Assembly (NCBI GenBank): GCA_037446775.1
Contig: JBBIIA010000110.1
Location: 1-14,493, forward strand
DNA from: Deltaproteobacteria bacterium
GTDB taxonomy: Bacteria > Desulfobacterota > Deferrisomatia > Deferrisomatales > JACRMM01
Length of the DNA: 14,493 bases
Direction of reading: 5' to 3'
Position 1 is the first letter of the stretch; every line of letters begins with the position of its first letter. A program made the translations under genes and the position numbers. The notes below the pieces were generated by a model. That model had not been told where the DNA came from. It worked only from the letters and a program-made list of their open reading frames with translations, and did not search any database. Below are positions 1 through 5,240 of this stretch, piece by piece.

Positions 1-96
1 GGCGGCCCTCCTGGCGGCCCTCCTGGCGGCCCTCCTGGCGGCCCTCCTGGCGGCCCTCCTGACGGCCCTCCTGACGGCCCACTCGGCGGCCTTCCT
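1..96. repeat. 12-bp tandem repeat GGCGGCCCTCCT. There are 5 perfect copies at 1-60 (continuing beyond the window edge) and 3 degenerate copies at 61-96. On the minus strand it encodes a (QEGR)n tetrapeptide repeat inside the Rpn C-terminus.
   Basis: Seen directly. The units are in frame with the Rpn reading frame. Copies nearest the domain core are diverged (gacggccctcct, gacggcccactc, ggcggccttcct) and distal copies are identical. Confidence 0.95.
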
Positions 97-151
97 CGAT
101 CCCCTGCTGCTTCCAGTCCCGGGTCCATTCGGTGACGCGTTCGGCCAACAT
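1..151 (-). CDS. Candidate nested RpnS-like small protein. This is the in-frame internal ATG (residue 241 of Rpn) with its own strong SD, translating the DUF4351-like C-terminal domain plus the QEGR repeats. 3' end off-window.
   Basis: On the minus strand the sequence reads ...CCAGGAGGTAAGCACC ATG TTG GCC GAA CGC... The AGGAGG lies 8 nt upstream of an in-frame ATG (complement of 149-151). Rpn genes in E. coli are known to encode an intragenic small antitoxin (RpnS) from an internal start at the equivalent position (RpnA ...MMTLAQWFEEKG...). Confidence 0.35.
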   Translation of the reverse strand, partial: MLAERVTEWTRDWKQQGIEEGRRVGRQEGRQEGRQEGRQEGRQEGRQEGR

Positions 152-871
152 GGTGCTTACCTCCTGGAGCTCGATGGCGTGCGGTAACTCGATGCCCGGC
201 AGCCGAGCCGGCAGGAGCACCCGCTTGATCCACGTGGTGAACGACCGGCGAAGGTCCGCTTGCGCCGGGTCGCGCAGCCACTGGGCGAGCGCGGAGAGTA
301 CCGCCCGCAGGTCTTCCGGGGTACGGCTATTCTCCATGCGGAAGAGCGCCGCCGCAAGGTTCTGCAACGGTTCGATGCCCGAGGTCGCCAGGGCGCCTTC
401 GTCGAGGACCAGGTACCGCGCCGTGGGCCGGTACTGCTCGAGCCCGGCCGGGTGAGGCTCGAGCAGGTCGGCCAGGTCGAGGGGCGCCGCCCAACGCTGG
501 GCGCCATTGTAGAGGACGATGGGGACCACCGGGGGCAGTTGACCGCGGGGACCGACGGCGCCGGTGCGGACGAGGTCCTGGTAGAGAAGGCCCCGGTAGG
601 TGGAGATCCGTGCGGCCATGAAGCGCTCGACCGTGCGCTGGAACTCGATGAGCAGGTAGACGTAGAGCCACTGTCCGGCCCAACGAACCCGCCAGATCAC
701 GTCGTCTTCCCGGTCGCGCAGGTCGTCCGAGACGAAGCTCGTCGGGACCTTCTGCAAGGTCGAGAAGTCGAGGTGGCCGACCCACTCCTCGGCGACGAAG
801 CCGGTGAGCAGGTCCTCAATCATCCGGGGGTGGGAGAAGAGGAGCTTGTAGCTCTGGTCGTGCTGTGCCAT
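1..871 (-). CDS. Rpn/YhgA-like recombination-promoting nuclease (PD-(D/E)XK 'Transposase_31' family) with DUF4351-like C-terminal domain. 3' end (C-terminus) runs off the window edge.
   Basis: The minus frame is open from the ATG at 871 (complement of 869-871) to position 1 with no stop. That is why it is absent from the ORF track. Hand translation: MAQHDQSYKLLFSHPRMIEDLLTGFVAEEW...DVIWRVRWAGQWLYVYLLIEFQR...GQLPPVVPIVLYNG...STMLAERVTEWTRDWKQQGIEEGRRVGRQEGRQEGRQEGRQ... The HD..YK..F N-terminal motif, the D-x-I-x(n)-IEFQ core, the VVPIVLYNG block and the C-terminal ...W..(Q/E)(Q/K)GI(E)(E/K)G...QEGR tail parallel E. coli RpnA (PHDAVFKQF, VVIEHQS, LVVPILFYQG, WFEEKGIEKGIQQGRQE). Confidence 0.85.
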   Translation of the reverse strand, partial: MAQHDQSYKLLFSHPRMIEDLLTGFVAEEWVGHLDFSTLQKVPTSFVSDDLRDREDDVIWRVRWAGQWLYVYLLIEFQRTVERFMAARISTYRGLLYQDLVRTGAVGPRGQLPPVVPIVLYNGAQRWAAPLDLADLLEPHPAGLEQYRPTARYLVLDEGALATSGIEPLQNLAAALFRMENSRTPEDLRAVLSALAQWLRDPAQADLRRSFTTWIKRVLLPARLPGIELPHAIELQEVSTMLAERVTEWTRDWKQQGIEEGRRVGRQEGRQEGRQEGRQEGRQEGRQEGR

Positions 872-1088
872 GGCCGCCTTCTGCTGCGCGAACGCGGGGC
901 GTGACGCCTGGGACGGGACGCCACGGAAGGGGCGCAGTGTACCGAGGGGGGGCCGGGAGGCAAGGTGGGGTCGGGGCGCGGTCTCCTCCGGTCTCCGTTC
1001 CGGCCCAACCACACCGTTGCGCCACGGTCTCCCGGTGCGTTACAAGATGCGCCCTTGCGCTCCGAGCGCCACCCCATGCGGAGAAACC

Positions 1089-3374
1089 ATGAACGAGTCG
1101 CTAGTGTCGGCGGTGGCTGTCGAGTTGGGGCTGCGCCCGGCGCAGGTGCGGGCGGTGGTGGAGCTGTTGGCCGGGGGGGCGACGATCCCCTTCGTGGCCC
1201 GGTACCGCAAGGAGGCCACCGGCAGCCTGGACGAGGTGGCCATCGCCCGGGCGTGGGACCGCTTCGAGTATCTGACCCAGCTCGGGGAGCGCCGGGCCGC
1301 GGTGCTCGCATCCATCGACGGCCAGGGCAAGCTCACCGAGGAGCTGCGGGCCCGGCTGTGGGCGTGCGCCACCAAGCAGGAGCTCGAAGACCTGTACCTG
1401 CCCTTCAAGCCCAAGCGCCGCACCCGGGGCGACGCGGCGCGGGAGAAGGGGCTCGCGCCCCTGGCCGAGCGGCTCCTCGCCCAGGGGGAGGACGACCCGC
1501 GGGCCGTCGCGGCCGCCTTCGTCCAGCCGGAGCTCGGGGTGGCGACCGTCGAAGAAGCCCTGGAGGGGGCGGGTCATCTCGTGGCCGAGGCCGCGGCCCA
1601 CGACCCCGACGCCCGAGCCGAGCTGCGGACCCTTTTGTGGGCCCGGGGGAAGCTGCGGGCCGAGGTGCTCCCCGAGCAGAAGGGCCAGCGCACCAAGTTT
1701 GAGACCTACTACGACTTCGGCGAGGCCCTGGCCACCGTGCCCTCCCACCGGGTGCTGGCGGTGCGCCGGGGGGAGGAGGAAGAGGTGCTCCGGGCGTGGA
1801 TCGAGGCCCCGGAAGACGTCCTCCTTGGCAGCCTCGCGGCCCGATTCGTGGGAAACCCTCGCTCCCCGTGGCGGCCGCTGCTGGCCGCCGCCCTTCAGGA
1901 CGCCTGGCGGCGCCTCCTGCAGCCGTCCCTGGAGGTGGAGGTGCGGGTGGAGCTGAAGGAGCGGGCCGACGAGGCGGCCATCGAGGTCTTCGCCGAGAAC
2001 CTGCGCCACCTCCTGTTGGAGAGCCCCGCGGGCCGGCGCCGGGTGCTCGCCGTGGACCCGGGCTTTCGCACCGGCTGCAAGGTGGTGGCGCTCTCGGAGC
2101 TCGGGGACCTCCTGGAGTCGACCGCGGTCTTCCCCCACCCGCCCCAAAACCGCGCCGACGAGGCCCGCCGGGTGCTCGGCGGCTTGATCGCCCGGCACCG
2201 GGCGGAGTTTGTGGTGGTCGGCAACGGCACCGCGGGGCGGGAGACCGAGACCCTGGTGCGGGAGCTCCTGCGCGAGCACCCGGAGTGGTCCTGCCGGTGC
2301 CTGATGGTCTCCGAAGCGGGGGCCAGCGTGTACTCGGCCTCCGAGGTGGCCCGGGAGGAGTTTCCGGATCTGGACGTGTCGGTGCGGGGCGCGGTCTCCA
2401 TCGGCCGACGGTTCCAGGATCCCCTGGCGGAGCTGGTGAAGATCGACCCCAAGTCCATCGGCGTCGGCCAGTACCAGCACGACGTGAGCCAGCCCCGGCT
2501 CCGCAAGGCCCTGGACCGGGTGGTGGTCTCCGGCGTGAACTCGGTGGGGGTGGACGTGAACACCGCGAGCCCCTCGCTGCTGGCGTACGTGTCGGGGATC
2601 GGCGAGGGGCTCGCCCGCAACATCGCGGCGTACCGTCGCGAGCACGGCGCCTTTCGCTCCCGGGCCGAACTGCGCCGGGTGCCGCGCCTGGGGCCCAAGG
2701 CCTTCGAGCAGGCGGCGGGGTTTCTGCGCCTGCCGGGGGGCGAGCAGCCCCTAGACGCCTCTGCCGTGCACCCGGAGCGCTACGCCCTGGTGGAGGCCAT
2801 GGCCCAGGACCTGGGGGTGGGGGTAGGGGCGCTGGTGGGGAGCGACGCCCTGGCGGACCGGATCGACCCGGGGCGGTACGTGGGTGGCGACGTGGGGCTC
2901 CCGACCCTGCAAGACATCCTGGAAGAGCTCCGAAAGCCGGGCCGGGACCCCCGCCAGGCCTTCGACCCGGTGCGCTTCGACGACGCGGTGCGGGAGGTGG
3001 CAGACCTGGCCGAGGGCATGGTGCTCAACGGGGTGGTGACCAACGTCACCCACTTCGGGGCCTTCGTCGACGTGGGCGTCCATCAGGACGGGCTGGTCCA
3101 CGTCTCGGAGCTCGCCGAGCGCTTCGTCAAGGACCCGGCCGAGGTGGTGAGCGTGGGACAGAAGGTGCGGGTGCGGGTGCTCGCCGTCGACCGGGAGCGC
3201 GGCCGCATCGGCCTCTCCCTGCGGGCCCCCCGCCGGGACGGGGGGGCCCCGGCGCCCCCGTCGTCGGCCCCCGGGCCGACTCCCCGGCCCCTGAAGGCCC
3301 CCGCCCCGCGCCCGCCGGAGAAACCGGCGCCGGGGGACTGGAAGGCCCAGTTGGCGGCCCGGCGGGGGAAGTAG
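1089..3374 (+). CDS. tex: Tex, a transcription accessory protein (YqgF/RuvC-like, HhH and S1 domains), with a Pro-rich C-terminal tail.
   Basis: MNESLVSAV...IPFVARYRKEATGSLDE...TKQELEDLYLPFKPKRRTRG...TVPSHR...GNGTAGRETE...VSEAGASVYSASEVAREEFPDLDVSVRGAVSIGRRFQDPLAELVKIDPKSIGVGQYQHDVSQ...RLGPKAFEQAAGFLR...LDASAVHPE...NGVVTNVTHFGAFVDVGVHQDGLVHVS is collinear with E. coli Tex over the whole length. The track ORF (870..3374) is an in-frame upstream extension. ATG 1089 is preceded by GGAGAAACC. Confidence 0.92.
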   Translation: MNESLVSAVAVELGLRPAQVRAVVELLAGGATIPFVARYRKEATGSLDEVAIARAWDRFEYLTQLGERRAAVLASIDGQGKLTEELRARLWACATKQELEDLYLPFKPKRRTRGDAAREKGLAPLAERLLAQGEDDPRAVAAAFVQPELGVATVEEALEGAGHLVAEAAAHDPDARAELRTLLWARGKLRAEVLPEQKGQRTKFETYYDFGEALATVPSHRVLAVRRGEEEEVLRAWIEAPEDVLLGSLAARFVGNPRSPWRPLLAAALQDAWRRLLQPSLEVEVRVELKERADEAAIEVFAENLRHLLLESPAGRRRVLAVDPGFRTGCKVVALSELGDLLESTAVFPHPPQNRADEARRVLGGLIARHRAEFVVVGNGTAGRETETLVRELLREHPEWSCRCLMVSEAGASVYSASEVAREEFPDLDVSVRGAVSIGRRFQDPLAELVKIDPKSIGVGQYQHDVSQPRLRKALDRVVVSGVNSVGVDVNTASPSLLAYVSGIGEGLARNIAAYRREHGAFRSRAELRRVPRLGPKAFEQAAGFLRLPGGEQPLDASAVHPERYALVEAMAQDLGVGVGALVGSDALADRIDPGRYVGGDVGLPTLQDILEELRKPGRDPRQAFDPVRFDDAVREVADLAEGMVLNGVVTNVTHFGAFVDVGVHQDGLVHVSELAERFVKDPAEVVSVGQKVRVRVLAVDRERGRIGLSLRAPRRDGGAPAPPSSAPGPTPRPLKAPAPRPPEKPAPGDWKAQLAARRGK

Positions 3375-3376
3375 GT

Positions 3377-3886
3377 TTAGCCGTCCAGGGTGAACTCGCG
3401 GACGTCGAAGAAGTTGCCGGTGCGGGTCTCGTGGTCGATTTGGGCGCGCACCAGCGCGGTGTGGCCGTCCTCGATCTCGAGGAAGCGGCGGAAGAGCGCC
3501 GCCGCCCGGGGCTGGTCGACGGTGCCGGCGAGCTCGCGGTAGAAGGCGCTCACCTCCTCCTCGAGCCGCAGCGCCTCGGTGAGGTGATCGAGGGGGCTCC
3601 CGTGATCCCCGGGGGGCGGCGCCCCGGCCAGGGCCTTGGCGCCCTTTTGCAGCCAGTCACCCCGGGGCACCGCGGTGGCGAGCTCGTCCCCGACCACGTC
3701 CCCGGTCGTCCGCCACTCCCGGAGCTTGGCCTCCAGGTAGTCTACGTGGCCCTGCTCCTCCCGGGCCATCAAGTCGAAGAAAGCCCGGGCGTCCGGGGCG
3801 GCCGCGCGGTTGGCGAGTTCGGTGAAGCGGTCGCGGACCCTCCGTTCGTGCTGGAGCGCGGTGACCAGGGCTTCTTCGATGACCAT
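3377..3886 (-). CDS. Rubrerythrin-family ferritin-like diiron protein (169 aa).
   Basis: Two E-x(n)-E..H motif pairs typical of the rubrerythrin/ferritin-like four-helix bundle (MAREEQGHVDYLE ... LRLEEEV ... FLEIEDGHTALV). There is no rubredoxin-like Cys tail. ATG 3886 is preceded by AAGGAGA with a 4-nt spacer. The stop lies 2 nt from the tex stop on the other strand. Confidence 0.65.
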   Translation of the reverse strand: MVIEEALVTALQHERRVRDRFTELANRAAAPDARAFFDLMAREEQGHVDYLEAKLREWRTTGDVVGDELATAVPRGDWLQKGAKALAGAPPPGDHGSPLDHLTEALRLEEEVSAFYRELAGTVDQPRAAALFRRFLEIEDGHTALVRAQIDHETRTGNFFDVREFTLDG

Positions 3887-3913
3887 GGGGTCTCCTTGCC
3901 GTGGGGGGCTTGG

Positions 3914-5077
3914 TCAGTACAAAAACATCGGCTTGCCCAGCACGTGGCGCACCTTGGGGCGGTACGCCACCGGGTCGTACAGCTCGCCGACGTCCACCCG
4001 CTTCTGGCCGGTGGCCACGGCCTCCAGGGGGATGTCGGTGTAGGTGCCCCGGCTCAGGGCCACCAGGCGCCCGCGCTGACCCTCCAGCACCAGGCTCGCG
4101 GCCATGTTGGCGAAGTTCACCGCCACCATCAGGTCCAGGGAGTCGGGGGCGCCGCTGCGCATCAGGTAGGAGAGCTGCTGGAAGACGATGTCTTCGCCGG
4201 TGAGACGCTTGAGGAGCTCCCCGGTCTCGGCTCCGATGCCGCCGAGCTTCCGATGCCCGTAGGCGTCGGCCTCGCCCCGCAGGGCCAGGCTACCCCCCAC
4301 CAGGCTCGCCCCCTCCGAGATGGTCACCATGGCGTAGTGGCTGGGGTTGGCGCGCTTATCGTCCATCACCAGCCGCGCCAGGCGCTCGGGGTCGAAGGGC
4401 ACCTCGGAGATGATTGCCCGGTCGGCCCCGGCCAGGTACGCCGAGATCAGGGAGGTCTCGCCGCAGTACCGGCCGAAGAGCTCCACCACCGCGATGCGCT
4501 CGTGGGAGCCGGCCGAAGTGCGCAGGGCGTGGATGAAGCTGACGCTGCGGGTCACGGCGGTGGAGAAGCCGATGCAGTAGTCGGTGCCGAAGACGTCGTT
4601 GTCCATGGTCTTGGGGATGGCGACCACCGGAAAGCCCTCGCGGTGGACCCGCTCGGCGAAGCTCAAGGTGTCATCGCCGCCGATGGGGATGAGGGCGTCG
4701 ACGCCGAGCTGGGCGAGGTTCGTTAGGACGTGGCCGGTGAAGTCGGCCTGGCCTGCCTCCGGGGGGAGCTTCCCGGCCAGAAACGGCGGCACCTCGGTCC
4801 GGCGGACGGCGGCCGGGTTGGTGCGGGAGGTGTGGAGGAAGGTGCCCCCGGTGCGGTCGATGGTGCGCACGATCCCCGGGTCGAGCCACTGGAGGTTCTC
4901 CCCGAAGCTCGTCGGATCGTCGGGGTGGTACCGCAACAGGCCCGCCCACCCCCGACGCACCCCCAGTACCCGGGCCCCTTCCTCGGCGGCCCGGTTTACC
5001 ACGGTCTTGATGCACGGGTTGAGGCCGGGTACGTCACCCCCCCCGGTCAAGATGGCGATGGTTCGCGGTCGGCTCAC
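3914..5077 (-). CDS. pfp: 6-phosphofructokinase, probably pyrophosphate-dependent (PPi-PFK / Pfp type).
   Basis: Collinear with PfkA: [67 protein letters not shown]. The ATP/PPi specificity positions carry GGDD (not GGDG) and PKTxDND (not PGTIDND), as in characterised PPi-PFKs. GTG start 5077 is preceded by AGAGGTG with a 5-nt spacer. The 27-nt gap to the rubrerythrin gene makes co-transcription likely. Confidence 0.85.
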   Translation of the reverse strand: MSRPRTIAILTGGGDVPGLNPCIKTVVNRAAEEGARVLGVRRGWAGLLRYHPDDPTSFGENLQWLDPGIVRTIDRTGGTFLHTSRTNPAAVRRTEVPPFLAGKLPPEAGQADFTGHVLTNLAQLGVDALIPIGGDDTLSFAERVHREGFPVVAIPKTMDNDVFGTDYCIGFSTAVTRSVSFIHALRTSAGSHERIAVVELFGRYCGETSLISAYLAGADRAIISEVPFDPERLARLVMDDKRANPSHYAMVTISEGASLVGGSLALRGEADAYGHRKLGGIGAETGELLKRLTGEDIVFQQLSYLMRSGAPDSLDLMVAVNFANMAASLVLEGQRGRLVALSRGTYTDIPLEAVATGQKRVDVGELYDPVAYRPKVRHVLGKPMFLY

Positions 5078-5114
5078 GGCAGCACCTCTGTTGCGGGCGA
5101 CGAAGAGGCTTTCC

Positions 5115-5142
5115 AGGCTACCAGGGGAGGGACGGGACGCAA
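5115..5142 (-). promoter_or_regulatory. Candidate sigma70-type promoter for pfk. On the minus strand it reads TTGCGT (-35, complement of 5137-5142), a 16-nt spacer, then TAGCCT (-10, complement of 5115-5120), about 35 nt upstream of the GTG start.
   Basis: Hexamer match only. It lies immediately downstream (in gene orientation) of conserved element A. Confidence 0.25.
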
Positions 5143-5147
5143 GCCGG

Positions 5148-5204
5148 AGGGGGTTTCTTTGACCGGATCACAGGATGTTCAGGATGTTGGAGGGTGGCGG
5201 ACCC
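5148..5204 (-). promoter_or_regulatory. Conserved upstream element, copy A, 71-127 nt upstream of the pfk start. It contains a perfect 9-bp tandem duplication CAGGATGTT x2 and the core GGAGGGTGGCGG.
   Basis: About four-fifths identical over about 55 bp to 11052..11106 (copy B), in the same orientation and at the same distance from a gene start. A: gagggggtttctttgaccggatcacaggatgttcaggatgttggagggtggcggacccc. B: gcgggggtttt--ggacaggattacaggaggtttaggatgccgg-gtggcggcagaccc. Confidence 0.5.
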
Positions 5205-5240
5205 CGTCCACCCCGTCCAGCCTCCCCGCCGCGCGCCGAC

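Noticed and set aside
1-96. Possible CRISPR array (short direct repeats at the window edge).
   Set aside because: 12-bp units with no spacers, in frame within a coding sequence, encoding QEGR. This is a coding microsatellite, not a CRISPR.
870-1088. In-frame upstream extension of tex to ATG 870.
   Set aside because: Tex homology (MNESLVSAV...) begins at ATG 1089. The extension is Arg/Gly-rich and overlaps the Rpn start and promoter region.
1101-2645. 514-aa minus-strand ORF and 267-aa ORF (1895..2698) inside tex.
   Set aside because: Antisense to a very well supported tex gene. Low-complexity His/Gly/Pro/Arg-rich translation.
1796-4726. 976-aa plus-strand ORF, the longest in the track.
   Set aside because: It is antisense to the 3' half of tex(+)... 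in fact it runs through tex in another frame and then antisense across the rubrerythrin and pfk genes. Its translation is Gly/Pro/Arg/Ala-rich low complexity with no recognisable domain. This is a typical stop-codon-poor frame of a roughly 70% GC genome.
5100-5130. Sigma54-like -24/-12 look-alikes near both conserved elements (TGGTAGCCTGGAAAGC at about 5110-5125; GGAACCCAATGCA between element B and cls).
   Set aside because: GG-to-GC spacing is 11 and 8 nt respectively, not the obligatory 10. Not credible sigma54 promoters.
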